A stretch of 64,000 nt of DNA from Octopus vulgaris (Eukaryota). This document shows positions 41,292 through 54,787 of this stretch, piece by piece. Within the stretch, counting starts at the first letter, position 1. Each line of letters opens with the position of its first letter. The stretch lies in contig OX597820.1 in the NCBI GenBank assembly GCA_951406725.2, positions 113,894,001 to 113,958,000 on the forward strand, written 5' to 3'. A program made the position numbers and the translations under genes. Under the pieces are notes generated by a model, which had not been told where the DNA came from, did no database searches, and saw only the letters and a program-made list of their open reading frames with translations.

Positions 41292-41293
<2 letters not shown>
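40740..41293 (-). mobile_element. RTE LINE fragment, inverted relative to 38981..40385
   Basis: CGRCSGAIN..FRYLGDQV..LYDACVRTAMLHGSETW on the minus strand; an inverted tail piece lies at 40555-40715. Confidence 0.9.
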
Positions 41294-41329
<36 letters not shown>

Positions 41330-41332
41330 AAT

Positions 41333-41590
41333 AGGGTTCAGCAAAAATATTTGCTTTGCCACATAGTGAACTTTTAGAAATAGCAGCCAAAGAACTTAGC
41401 TATTTCTTCTACTATAAGAAGAATCTCCCCGGATGAACTTTCATTATTTTTCCCTCTATGCCTACGTGAATTGTTTTTGAGTATACATTGTCTGGGAGAT
41501 TCTTCTTATAGTAGAAGAAATAGCTAAGTTCTTTGGCTGCTATTTCTAAAAGTTCGGTATGTGGCAAAGCAAATTTTTTTGCTGAACTCT
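41333..41590. repeat. Long inverted repeat (about 100-bp arms, about 55-bp spacer), foldback/MITE-like
   Basis: agggttcagcaaaaa...agaatctccc is complementary to gggagattct...tttgctgaactct with few mismatches. Confidence 0.85.
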
Positions 41591-41825
41591 AATTATAATT
41601 ATATTCATAATTATATAAAGTAATGTTTAAGTTTACCGTAAATGGTCCTTTTAACATGCTGAACACTACTTGGTAGAAAAATTAATTACCAATTAATTAA
41701 TTAATTTTACCCTTTATTATTATTGATATATATATATATATGCATACACTACAACTTCAGTAAAATATTTTCAGCATAAAATATACACAATATAAATGTC
41801 AACATATTAATCCACATTATATAGT

Positions 41826-42230
41826 TACTCTTTACTCTTTTACTTGTTTCAGTCATTTGACTGTGGCCATGCTGGAGCACCGCCTTTTTAGTCGAGCAAA
41901 TCGACCCCAGGACTTATTCTTTGTAAGCCTAGTACTTATTCTAACGGTCCCTTTTGCCGAAACACTAAGTTACGGGGACGTAAACACACCAGCATTGGTT
42001 GTCAAGCGATGTTGGGCGGACAAACACAGACACACAAACACACACATACATATAAATACGTATACATATATACGATGGGCTTCTTTCAGTTTCCGTCTAC
42101 CAAATCCACTCACAAGGCTTTGGTCGGCCCGAGACTATAGTAGGAGACACTTGCCCAAGGTGCCATGCAGTGGGACTGAACCTGGAACCATGTGGTTGGT
42201 AAGCACACTACTTACCACCCAGCCACTCCT
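41826..42230 (-). mobile_element. CORE-like tRNA SINE
   Basis: Reverse complement of the 22030 family. Confidence 0.85.
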
Positions 42231-42771
42231 AACCATGTAATTCACACTCTGGAAAATGTCTTTCTGTAAAATGCTGAGGAGGGGTAATTTCCGAGAGCTC
42301 CATTCCACTCCACCTAGTTTTCCGGACCCCAAAAAAGGGTTTTTTGGCATATTAGGTTACCCGAATTAATTCAAATACCCAGGAGGGGGAGGCATCCCTT
42401 TTTTTCCCCACGAACAAAAATAAGGAGTTTGCAGCACATTAGGAGGTTAGGGTACTTGATTCCACGCGAAAAAGACCCAGTTTTTTTTTTCTTGGTGAAA
42501 ATCGTGCGGGTGAAAGTACCAATGTTTACCCAAATATATGTGTGTGTCATTGTGCGTCTATACACGCACACACATAGGAATGCAAAGGAGAAACTTAACT
42601 TTAAATGTTATTCCACTCAATATATTTTCGTTTCATTACAATTAACACTAATATGAACCAAATCTCTACACAACACTAGGAATAATGAACGAAGGGGTAC
42701 TCAATACGACCAAGTATTGTATAAATTTAATCTCGCCAGCTGAAATGATCTCTGAGCGATACATTTTAATA

Positions 42772-42814
<43 letters not shown>

Positions 42815-43180
42815 TGTGTACAGTGCTCAGGTGCACTACAACTCATCTAAAGTGTATATATAATCAGGTGTAGTTTCTGCGGATTTCGGAAAGCATGAGG
42901 GCCTTAAAGGATTTTGTAAAAGATAAAAGCAATTATTTAGGTCGCCATACTGGGAAAAACGTTTAAAACAAAAATACAATATTAACGAATGAAAGCCTTT
43001 TCTTCATTAGCTCATACAACTTACATTTTGATCTCACATTATCACAATTAACTAGTAATTAAATCGAGAGGGCTAGATACTTAAGACAAGGGAAGTTACT
43101 CTCGAAAGAATAAAATTGCAAGGGAAGTAACCTATGTCTGAACACGACCCGCAGGAGCAAACATACTAAGAAATTTGGTA

Positions 43181-43550
43181 TACTCTTTTACTTGTTTCAG
43201 TCATTTGACTGCGGCCATGCTGGAGCACCGCCTTTAGTCGAGCAAATCGACACCAGAGCTTATTCGCTGTAAGCCTAGTACTTATTCTATCTATCTCTTT
43301 CACCGAACTGCTAAGTTACGGGCACGTAAACACACCAGCATCGGTTGTGAGGCGATGTTGGGTGGACAAACAGACACACAAACATATACACACATATACA
43401 TATACGACGGGCTTCCTCCAGTTTCCGTCTACCAAATCCACTCACAAGGCTTTCCTCGGCCCGAGGCTATGTAGTAGAAGACTTGCCCAAGATGCCACAC
43501 AGTGGAACTGAACTTGGGACCATGTAAGCAAGCTACTTACCACACAGCCA
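43181..43550 (-). mobile_element. CORE-like tRNA SINE
   Basis: Reverse complement of the 22030 family. Confidence 0.82.
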
Positions 43551-43953
43551 TTTTTTCCCAAACACAGGATTACTGTATTCGTCGGTGTATAAGACGAACC
43601 CCTATTTTACAAGTATTTTTGTAGAAAAGAAAAAAACAAATTTAGTATGTTTCACCAAACACTCAAAAATATTTTAAAGGAGTTTTGCAGCGGAAAATTT
43701 ATGACTCAGAACATGTGAATACAATGCAATGACAGTATACTAGAATAAAAGATAAAACTATAAATTGATTATATATAACTACGTTATACGAGTATCATAT
43801 TTCAATTTTACTTTCTTTCAGATGAGCTATATTGTTGTTTAAATTTTGGCCAAGAGAACTGTTATACAGGATGTAAAGTTCGTACTTTTTGGCTAGGATG
43901 TTTTGTTGGTGTGATCGGCCACAAAATCGACCTCGTCCTCCACCAACATTACC

Positions 43954-44173
43954 TATTTCTTTATTACCCACAAGGGGCTAAACACAGAGGGGACAAACGG
44001 ATTAAGTCGATTATATCGACCCCAGTGCGTAACTGGTACTTAATTTATCGACCCCGAAAGGATGAAAGGCAAAGTCGACCTCAGCGGAATTTGAACTCAG
44101 AATGTAATGGCAGACGAAATACGGCTACGCATTTCGCCCGGCGTGCTAACGTTTCTGCCAGCTCGCCGCCTAA
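43954..44173 (-). mobile_element. Nin/Deu-like tRNA SINE inserted in an RTE C-terminal relic
   Basis: 18-bp TSD tcctccaccaacattacc (43936-43953 / 44174-44191); the flank encodes CSQCHRLFYARIGQLSH, a C2H2-like RTE C-terminus. Confidence 0.88.
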
Positions 44174-44958
44174 TCCTCCACCAACATTACCATGTAGTCA
44201 ATGCCACCGACTCTTCTATGCAAGAATTGGTCAACTTAGTCATCAATGCCATCACCATAAAAGTAGCGTTCAGCAAAGAAGAAACTAAGTTCTCAGATAC
44301 AGGATAAAACTGATGTCGATTGTCCACCAGGGTGGTGCATCACCATTATGGTTTTGTTGTCATCCACTCATTGCAAATAGTTAATAGATGAATGCAAGTT
44401 TAATAATTCTTTTAATTTTTCTTGAAGAATTTTCATTTAGATAATTAAAAAAAAACGTTTTTTAAAGTTAACTTCAACATAAAATAACGTGACATACTCC
44501 AGCTGCACATAAAGTAAGCTGGGGAAGGAGATATAATGAAATGATGTAACCTCTCTCACATAACTGCAGACATTGTGCATGCAATTTTTTCTTAAGTTTG
44601 TAATATTTTGCTTTGTTTTCAACATTTTACTATAAGTAATAATTATTGTGTCAAGTATATTTATGCTGGTCTGGCTCCCTGCCTACAACAATCAATCACC
44701 CATCATAATATGGCTGCATTTGAGAGGACAATTTTTTGATACATCTAAAAATGTGGGGGGAAAAAGCATGTTTGTGATATGCAGGCAAATGCAGGAATTA
44801 CTGGGTCAACAAATACTGAAATACTGGGGAGAGAAAGAGAGTTCAAAGCCTTCTGTACTCAGAGGTCGTAGATTTATTCATAGTGCAAAGAAAGTTTGAA
44901 TTGGTTAGACTAGCTAGATAAATTATTAAAAGATTCCTTAGGCAAATTACAGGCTTAA

Positions 44959-45169
44959 CCCTTTCGTTACTGCATTTATTTTGAGATGCTCTGTGTTTCT
45001 TTCAATTACTTTAAATATAACAAAGAATTTAGTAAAATAACTTAGTTATCATTAAACAAGTGTTAGGAACATAAATTGTGACTAAGGTTTGGTGGAAGAC
45101 TTTAATTCAAAACTTTTGAAAACAAGACATTTGTACCACAGAGCAAGAGCCGGGTTGGTATCAAAAGGG
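44959..45169. mobile_element. piggyBac-like MITE
   Basis: TTAA|CCCTTTCGTTAC ... GTATCAAAAGGG|TTAA: TTAA on both sides and CCC..GGG terminal inverted repeats. Confidence 0.75.
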
Positions 45170-45837
45170 TTAATGTGAGAACATCACCTAACCAGAGGGA
45201 GCTATTCAATAAACTGCTAGGTAATAATCCTTCATAAAAAAAAAACCCTAAAATTTTTCTGTGTCAGAGAAACACTACAAATGCAAAATTCCTGAAAGGT
45301 TTAAAATAGTGATGGGGTTGTAAATGAGCATAAAATGAATGAGTAACTGGAACAAAAAGGGCAATAGCTTTGTTTTTGTGCAAAACCAAACATTCCCATA
45401 CTGAAATAAGGGTATGAACCTAGACAAACATCAAATTTATATGTACTACTTGTATTTCATCATTATCATTTAAATGTCAGAAGTAGATTTTATACAGCTG
45501 GATGCCCTTCCTGTTGCCAAGTAAGGTAATATTTTTCTATGGTTAGACAAGTTTTAGCAGAATATTGGAAATGAATGACTGCGTGTATGACATTAACCCT
45601 TCGTTAAGACAAGGAAACACAAACACACACATACACAAGAGGCTTCTTTCAGTTTGTCTACCAAATACTCTCAAAGTTTTGATTGACCTAGGGCTATAGT
45701 AGAAGACACTTGCCCAAGGTGCTACACAGTGGGACTGAACCCAAAACCATGTGGTTGGGAAACTGTTTGCCATATATTCATAACAGCTTCCATCATCTAA
45801 CCAAGCAGACACAGACAACACAAAATGTCAAGTAGAA

Positions 45838-46925
45838 ATTGTATAGGCTATATATATATATAGACAAAATTTGGCATTATGCTTTTAACAAGTACCTGCA
45901 GAAAAAGTGTTTAGCCCCCGAAAACATTCATGCTAACATGGTTGCAACACTAGAGGATGATGCTGCAGCTTTATCAACAGCACAAAAGTGGGCAGCTGAA
46001 TTTAGGAGGGGAAGGGGGAGTCTTGAAGATGACCCAACGTCTGAACATCCTGCAACTGTCACCACCAATGAAAACATTGATCGTGTTCACCACATGGTGA
46101 TGGATGACAGGCAGTTGGCTATAAATCGAATAGCCAATGCTATGAGAAAGTTGCATGAGAGACTTGAAAATATTCTGCACTATGGCAAAAGTTTCTGCTC
46201 AGTGAGTGCCATGGCTTCTGACACCTGATCAAAAGCGCACTAGGCTCATCACATCATAGGAAAATCTGACACTGAAGCAGATCCAACTGGTTTCCTAATC
46301 CAAGATGAGTGCTGGGTTCATCACTTTGAGCTAGAGATAAAGAAACAATCCATGCAGTGGAAACACACCACCTCAACTGCTCCAAAGGCCAAAATCGTTT
46401 CACCAGCAGGAAAGGTGATGGCCTCCGTCTTTTGGGATGCAAAACGCATTGTGTTTATTGATTATCTTGAAAAGGGCCACACCATCAATGGAGAGTACTG
46501 TGCCAACTTGCTGAGGCAGTTACAAGAGGCTATCAAGACCAAAACCCCAGGAAAATTGTTTCATCAAGACAGTTCACCAGCACACAAGTCCCTGGTTTCA
46601 AAGGCTGCTCTGCATGACTGTCACTTTAAATTTGTTGATTAGCCTCCCTATTCTTCTGATTTTGCCCCATCTGACTATCATCTGTTCCCCAACATGAGAA
46701 AAACACTTGGCTGGGAACCACTTTCATAATGATGATGATGTCATATTTGCTGTTGATGACTATTTTGACCAACAGGATGGAAGCTTTTAAACCAAAAGGG
46801 AACACTCCAACCCCAATAGAAAACTGTGGACTGCAATGTGGACTATGTTGGAAAATAAACCTCATTTGGTTACATTCTATGAGAGTATCTTGGTTAGCTT
46901 ATGAACTTTTCAGCCAACCCTTGTA
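45838..46925 (+). mobile_element. Mariner transposase relic (irritans/Hsmar2-like)
   Basis: KWAAEFRRGR.SLEDD, DE.WVHHFE, AGKVMASVFWD, FIDYLEKG.TINGEY, HQD..PAH, PPYS.D.APSDYHLF; frameshifts and stops; 3' end ..aacccttgTA. Confidence 0.9.
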
Positions 46926-48391
46926 GGATACTTATCAGCTAAATTCAAAAGCATAAAGTTCCATGATGATTTTTGAAACCAAACTATGCCAGTCTATTAA
47001 CCTAGAGAAATGCCTATGGTTGTTGGCATAAGTTCCCAAACCATATTCCAGCATTCAGTTGAGATTCAAGTGAGTAGAGTATTTTGCCCATATTCTACTA
47101 ACTGGCTGCAGTCCTCTATCTGAAACTAGTAAAAGAGTATATACGTTTTGAAAGTTTTCCTTCAACATGGACTTGGCCACAACAATTAAACCAAACTAAA
47201 TAACCAAAGAATGTGTGTGTACTTATATATGGTCACAGGTTCCAAATCAAAAGCAATATTTAACTATTGCCATTGAAATCCTAACCACAAAGTTCCTACA
47301 AACACCAACAGAGCATTACACTACTCATTATAAGTTATAAATGTGCTTGAGTTTCACAAATAGAAACCCATCATCATCATTTAATATCCACTTTCCATGT
47401 TGACATAAATTGGATGGTTTGACACAAGATGGACTGCATCAAGCTCCATTGTCTGCCTTGGCATGGTTTTCGTATCTCGATACCCTTCTTAACATCAGTC
47501 ACTTTACAGAGTGTACTGAGAGCTTTTTACATGGTACTAGCACCAAGTAACTTGCTAAGAGGTGGTGTAGTATTGAGGGAGGTGGCATTATGCCAAATGA
47601 TGAGAAGTCAGAGTATACGATAGAGGCATAGAAAACAGTTTTATACATTTTATATTGTTTTACACATTTTTATATTACCTCATTTTACTTACCTGTTGCA
47701 AATATATGTATGAGGCTTTCAGGGAAAGTAATCTTTAACAGACTAGAAAATGATTCGTCTTTCATTCAGCTAACACTATGGAAACCAAATTTGAGAACAA
47801 AGCCCAACAGGTTCCTTGGTATAAAGCCTTCACTATTTTTCAGCTGGTAAAAGGATAGAAGTAGATATCTGTACACATGAGTATATATAGCTGGCACACT
47901 ATGTATTTTTTATGCTGCTTTCGCAGCATTCCCATGGCTCTCTGTCACCATCCAATTCCATTATTGTGAATTTGAATTGGAAGTTTGAGTCCGTGTGAAT
48001 CTTTCATCACCTGATTACACAGGTATGGACGCCACCCCTAAGGATGCGTTGCAGTCACTCTCTTGACAGAGCTCACTGATCCTGACCATTGATCTTCTAG
48101 GATTCCTCTGCTCAACATCAATGAAAGAAGCACCATTGGCTCACTTGTGCTCTTCCACTACCTCTTCCCAATCTGCCATGCTGCAGTCCCATGATTATGC
48201 TGTATCCCTGGTAGGGTAGCTGAATGGGTGTTGTTCTTTGCCAAAGTGCAGCCCATATCTATGCAGGGTACAATCACCACTCTGTGAGCTATTTTCAAAA
48301 TGCCTGCACGCTATGTAATTATATGATTTGCAGACTTATCCGACCCATTTTATAAGTGAACAAGTTTCCACAGAACAGTGGCAATACTCAC

Positions 48392-48420
48392 CTTTGTAGC
48401 TTCTCTTGTTGTCTGAAGCA
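48392..48420 (-). CDS. DNAJC25: DNAJC25 homolog, exon 2 (29-nt micro-exon)
   Basis: ttcatttcAG|TG CTT CAG ACA ACA AGA GAA GCT ACA AAG|GTGAGT gives (L)LQTTREATK, filling the J-domain 'vLgv.r.A.k' segment. Phase 1 in and phase 0 out match the neighbouring exons. Confidence 0.85.
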
Positions 48421-51236
48421 CTGAAATGAAATACAGAAAGAGCATTAGATATATTTATATGTTGTTGTTTGTGTGTGTGTATCAATTTTACATATGCTTT
48501 TCCAAGCTAGCAATGGTTGGACAGAATTCAACACAGCATCTCTCCACATTGACGGTCCTTTGTCACCTTATTAAAGCCTAGCAGCCCCACATCAGCCCTT
48601 ACTTCTCCCCATATTTTTATCAATTTTCATTCCTGTTGCTTTTGCAACACACAAGTCTCTTTGAAGAGTTTCTCTGACACAAAGTATTACAGCTGGTGCC
48701 ATTACACAGGTACACACACTATGATATACAGAAATCAGTAAATGTTTTGTTTACCAGATTTTTTCAACTAGGCTCAAGGATGTCCAGGAGTCTTGATGAC
48801 TGACAAAACCAAATTAGATTAAGACTCTTCACCTACTCTTCCTTAGCTTCCCAATGCATATTTATCATCAACCACTCTTCAACCCTTGTTCTTTCTTCTG
48901 TTTGCCCTCTCACCTATATCCCATCTCTAACCATTCCTCACTCTTCCCATACATTCTTGCAACCTCTATGCACCTTACACTCCCTACTCAACTGTCCCCA
49001 TTCCTATTCTCATTATAATTTGAGAGTCCACTAGGAGATTTTATCACCACTATCTTTTTCCAGCTCTACCCTCCCCCTCTTTTATAATGGCCCCTTCTCT
49101 CAAACTTTATCCTTTCACCTCTAAACATAAAGCCACTTTCCTCTTTCTGGAGCAACACTCAATTGAAAGGATCTTAGTCTCACTAGTGGCAACCTCACTA
49201 GTGCTGATACCATATAAAAAACACCCAGTACACACTGTAAAGTGGTTAGAATTAGGAAGGGCATTGGCTGTAAAAATGCCAGACCAGTCAGTGAAGCACA
49301 ATACAGTCCTTAGACATTTCAGGCATATCAAATCTTCCACCACATGCAAGCATAGATGATTTAATATTAAAGAATAATTCTTTGATTTAAAAAAATTTTT
49401 TGAGCTTTAAACCCATGGTCATGGTGGGGTGAATAATGATGATAAACTATATAAATGCATAGACTATAATGTATATAAAGAATATCTAAATATAAATGCA
49501 ATTTATATACTGATATATTTAAAACTATTATATATAATTATATGTGGCTGAATGATTAAGTTTGCTTTGGAACCACATGGACAGTGTAGGCTGACATCCT
49601 ATACTATAGCTGCAGATCGGACCAATACCTTTGAAGTTAAAAGCAGTAGATGGAAACCAACGTGTGTGTAAGAGTGAAGAGGTCATATTTCCTCTCATCT
49701 TCACTGGTGTTTGGTGATTATAAACAAAAATATCACTGTTCATACTGACAGTATTAGATTGTGGTAGAGATAGATTGATGGTGACAGATACACATTTGTA
49801 GCTCTAAAAGTGAACTTATTTCTCATAGCAAGTTATATTTTATTATTTACGGACAACACTGTCCTTGGGATGCAGATTTTGAAAATCAAACTTATTTTTC
49901 TCAAAGACACATTAGAATTTTTATATTAAATGCCCAAAGTTATATTTGAATCAAATTGTACATGGGCATGACAATTTTAATTTGAAAAAAAAATGTTCCA
50001 AACTTTTGGCCACAACTGTGTATGTGTATATATATCTATATATATATATATATATATTATACATTCATACACACATTACATATATCTTAATAATACTAAA
50101 ACTCTAAGAGATGTTTGTGTGTACCCAAAATATCTCAGAAATAGTATATTTTATCTTAATTAGCTTTGCATATTTATTTTCATACTTACCTTCGGCAGTG
50201 CAATACAAATTTTTGTAACATTTGGACCTCTATTTATTAATGAAAACGATTACCCACAATTTTTGTTTTTTATTTCTTGACAAAAAAAAACATGGCTTCC
50301 ATGACGTCAATACACATACAGAATACACACATATAATGAATGTCATGGCTTGTCAATCAACACAAATACATGTCCGCTATCTGTAACATATACACAAACA
50401 CAGCCTTCGCACTCTCTAAGGAAAAAAATGCCAACTTTTTGACATACACAATATTTTAATAATTTAGAAATATTTTTAACAGAATGATTTCAAAAATGTA
50501 AGTTGTTTGCACAGTAAATATTTGTATTTTAGCTTTCTTTAAACAGACAATATTTTAATGTTTTTTTATATTATCTTCAAGTGAATGGTGATCTTTTAGA
50601 TATCCTTAATTATAATTTTAATAATAATTATTACCTATGAGGTTTTTATAAAAAATAAATGGATAAAAAAAAACCGTGGCTACTACAGGCAAGTAGGAGA
50701 GCAAAATAACATTCAAACTAGATTAAATTAAGTTAAATTAAATTAAATTTAGACAAGTAAATAAATGAGTGAGTGAGTAGGATAACTAAAGCAATATGAC
50801 TAAGGGGATATGATCTTAAGAGACAGCATAAGTAAAATATATATCTATCTTTCAGGGGAATCAGCTATATTGTTTAAACATAATATAGAAGGACAGAGAA
50901 TTCATTTTTGTCAGAAGGCGTAATAAGGAGGATTTTCTGACAAGGGACAACAAATGGAATGAACCGGATCAATTGTTATAGTTTATTGCTAAAACCTATA
51001 CTAGTAAAATATAAAATTATGGATATAAATTATTAAATGGATGGCACTGACTTATAGCATTAAATTATTTAAGTGCTTAGTTCAGTATTTAATTTAAAGA
51101 AGGGCAGTAGTTTGAAGAAAAATGTTTACATGTATATGTGTGTATGTGTATATATATATATGTATATACACACACATATATATATACACACTCACACACA
51201 CACATACATCAAACGGTAAATCCGTGTAAATTTAAA

Positions 51237-51468
51237 GGCGGCGAGCTGGCAGAAACGTTAGCGCGCCGGGCGAAATGCTTAGCGGTATTTCGTCTGCCGT
51301 TATGTTCTGAGTTCAAATTCCGCCGAGGTCGACTTTGCCTTTCATCCTTTCGGGGTCAATAAATTAAGTACCAGTTACGCACTGGAGGTCGATGTAATTG
51401 ACTTAATACCTATGTCCGTCCATGTTTGTCCCTTCTATGTTTAGCCCCTTGTGGGTAGTAAAGAAATA
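51237..51468 (+). mobile_element. Nin/Deu-like tRNA SINE, full length
   Basis: Same family as 20600; 14-bp TSD ggtaaatccgtgta (51215-51228 / 51469-51482). Confidence 0.88.
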
Positions 51469-52249
51469 GGTAAATCCGTGTACATATAAAGTGGGGTAAC
51501 CCAAGCATTTCCAGCTAATAAATTAAATAATTGATTCTGTATTTGGATAATATTCAATTTAGGTTCGAGGGAAGAGGAAATAGCAAATGTAGATGCAGAT
51601 AGATGTTTTATTCGGGTAAATGCGGTAGCTATGGAGTGAGACATCTACGATTTCTGATGTATTAGGCAGTTTAGCTTTAGTAAATTACACTATATTAATC
51701 TCAATTACCTGGTTTATTTTTATAATTTAATCCATATATTTTTTACTTTATCCTATTGGAGAGTGTTCCATATTGTTATTACTCTGCTCAATTAGTAGGG
51801 CACAATTTAATTGCTAAGTGCTGGTATATATCATTAGCTAGTCATGCGTGTATTTTCTAAAAATCCATGAACAGAGGGGTTTCTATCCTTAGAGCATGAG
51901 CTGGGTTTATGTATAGTTTTACTAGTAGGAGCATGAGGCAACATACCATTGGAAGACCAGAATGATGGGGTATTCTTATCTGTACCTATCTATACTCATG
52001 CTCCAGCAATCATACATATAAAATATATTTACAGATCTCCATATGCTCCTATACTAATTCTAATACTAAACAGATATACATTCACATCCTTATCGATGTA
52101 TGTACACCATTATATCCATATAAAACCATACTGGCCCCAACCCATACCCTAATCTCCCCACCTGTGAATATATGTATGTATATCTTTCCACAATTATGGA
52201 TACTTATGTATGAAAACATTCAAAAATCTATGGCTTCATAAATAGTCTA

Positions 52250-52660
52250 TCATATATACCTGCGTAAGCATGTGTATATATGCGTACATACATGTCTGAA
52301 CCTATATCTACATGTACAAACTCTCACACCCACAAACAATATATATATACATACATATATATATACATATGTACATACATACATATATATACATATACAC
52401 ATACATACATATATATATACATATGTACATACATACATATATATACATATACACATACATACATACATATACACATACATACATATACACATACATACAT
52501 ACATACATATGTATATACATATGTACATACATACATATATATATACAAACATACATATATATACGTACATACATATATATACGTACATACATATATATAC
52601 ATATATATATATACATACATATATATATATATACATACATATACATACATATATACATAT
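52250..52660. repeat. Compound TA/CA microsatellite
   Basis: Low-complexity tract. Confidence 0.95.
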
Positions 52661-52661
52661 A

Positions 52662-53050
52662 TATGATGGCTGCCCCCTCGTTATTGAGTATGGCCATTGC
52701 ACGAAGCTTAACTGTTATTGGTGCTGTGACCGAATGTGACTTTTTAGCCCAGCTAAAGATCTACAATGTCTTGTACAGAATTGTCAACTAAAACCTTTAC
52801 CGGTAATAGCCGGCTGTTGTTGTAACTGGGCTTCATGTACCTTTGCATGACATTTAAATCCTCCTGCCAAATTACACTCTCATCCACATGCCTGACAGAT
52901 ATGATTAGTATGGTGTGTTACACTACCACCAGTGGCCAGGTTGTCACTCATCTGTCTCGCTTTATGACTACGAAGATGACTCTTGAGTCCAGCTTTACCG
53001 AGGCAGGGTCTTGCACAGACACTGCATGTCAGCATCATAGGAAGACCCTT
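52662..53050 (-). mobile_element. RTE 3' fragment with C2H2-like C-terminus
   Basis: LTCSVCARPCLGKAGLKSHLRSH...HICQACG on the minus strand; an RTE-tail element follows on plus at 53058..53355. Confidence 0.6.
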
Positions 53051-53377
53051 CCCATCATAAAAAGCACCATCCAAACGTGGCCGATGCCAGCGGCACCTTG
53101 AGTGGCTTCCGTGCCGGTGGCATGTAAAAAGCACCAATCCGATCGTGGCCGTTGCGAGCCTTGCCTGGCACCTGTGCCGGTGGCACGTAAAAACACACTA
53201 CACTCACGGAGTGATTGGTGCTAGGAAGGGCATCCAGCTGTAGAAACACTGCCAGATCAGACTGGAGCGTGGTGCAGCCTTCTGGCTTCCCAGATCCCAG
53301 TCGAGCCATCCAACCCATGCTAGCATGGAAAACGGACGTTAAACGATGATGATGCATATATACTTACATACATAACT

Positions 53378-53731
53378 CTATATATATAAACGGCAAAATG
53401 TCTGTGTGTGAGTCCTTTCAACAAATCCACAATTTTTCAGTTAGAGGGCTCGCACTTTCTATGGTCATTCAAAACCATCCAAGGGTGCTCATGCACATCT
53501 TTACATTTCCCCAGTCACCCCGCAAAGCCATTAAAAAATAAACAGAAGTGACCTTTTTGTGAATTTTTTATCCAATTAAAATGCCTGAAACTTGATACGC
53601 CAATTGAATAACAGCTGGCAGCATGTGGTTGGTCGGAGATTTGGACAGGACTCATGTGTATGTGCGCATGCACGCAGATGTATATGCATGCACTAGCACT
53701 GTGACCCAGCGTTGCCGGGTCATAGTGCAAG
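53378..53731 (+). mobile_element. Non-autonomous Helitron-like element
   Basis: Homologous to 25798..26123; terminal palindrome gcactgtgaccc...gggtcatagtgc. Confidence 0.65.
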
Positions 53732-53863
53732 TATACATATAAATATATATATATTATATATATATATATATATATATGTAGGTCCCGGGTTGATTCGGGG
53801 TTAACCACAGTAAATAAGGTACTCAATACATAGCAGAGTAAAATTAATTTATTATATAGAAGG

Positions 53864-53914
53864 AGCTTCTACAGGACTAGAACTGTTTCATTCAAGAGAA
53901 ATCTTCAGGAAGCT
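53864..53914 (-). ncRNA. Type-I hammerhead ribozyme motif (left arm; sense to DNAJC25 pre-mRNA)
   Basis: Identical motif on the minus strand, followed by AATAAA. Confidence 0.75.
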
Positions 53915-53961
53915 TCCTGAAGATTTCTCTTGAATGAAACAGTTCTAGTCCTGTAGAAGCT
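53911..53961 (+). ncRNA. Type-I hammerhead ribozyme motif (right arm of palindrome)
   Basis: agcttc CTGAAGA tttc tctt gaat GAAA cag ttctagtc ctg TA gaagct: 6-bp stem I, short stem II, stem III cag/ctg, GUA cleavage triplet. Confidence 0.75.
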
Positions 53962-53972
53962 CCTTCTATATA

Positions 53973-54019
<47 letters not shown>

Positions 54020-54312
54020 CTTATATACGTATATATACATATACTAAGATACGTATATACACATACATATATACATACATATACATACATACACATATAC
54101 ATATATATATATACACACACATATACATATATATATACACACAGATATATATATATATATATATATATATACATGCATATAGAAACTAAGCTAAGAGCAT
54201 TAGATTCTTGGAAGACAGCATCGAATGTATACAAAAACAAGGACGGAAAAAAAGACGATGTTACACAAAAAAATTACAAAATGCACTAAAAATAATTAAA
54301 GAAATAATAACA

Positions 54313-54478
54313 GGACATAACAACAGGTGGCTTTCGACTGGGGATGAATCGAATTCAGCTGCCACATCGATATTGACCCCTGTGTGAAAGTTTTGTATCT
54401 CTGCCATAAGGCTTCATTTCCACACACGTCAGCTGAATTTAATTCGTCCCCAGTTGAAAGACACCTGTTGTTATGTCC
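54313..54478. repeat. Inverted repeat (49-bp arms, about 68-bp loop)
   Basis: ggacataacaacaggtg..ttcagctg / cagctgaa..cacctgttgttatgtcc. Confidence 0.8.
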
Positions 54479-54736
54479 ATACATATATACACATATACAT
54501 ATATATATATACATAAACACATACATATACTCATATATACATATATATATAAATATATACATATATATACATACATATATATATATACACACATATATAT
54601 ATATACATATACATAAATATATACATACATATATACATAAATATATACATACATACATATATATACATATATACATACATATATGTATATACATATATAT
54701 ATATACATACATACATATATACATAAATATATACAT

Positions 54737-54779
<43 letters not shown>

Positions 54780-54787
54780 CATATATA

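Larger units (their letters stand above)
53847..53978. repeat. Perfect 132-bp palindrome with no spacer
   Basis: Symmetry axis between 53912 and 53913 (..caggaag|cttcctg..); arms are exact reverse complements. Confidence 0.95.

Noticed and set aside
51490-51800. Faint CR1-like 3' peptide traces on the minus strand (RVITIWNTL)
   Set aside because: Too short and degenerate to support as a feature without a search.
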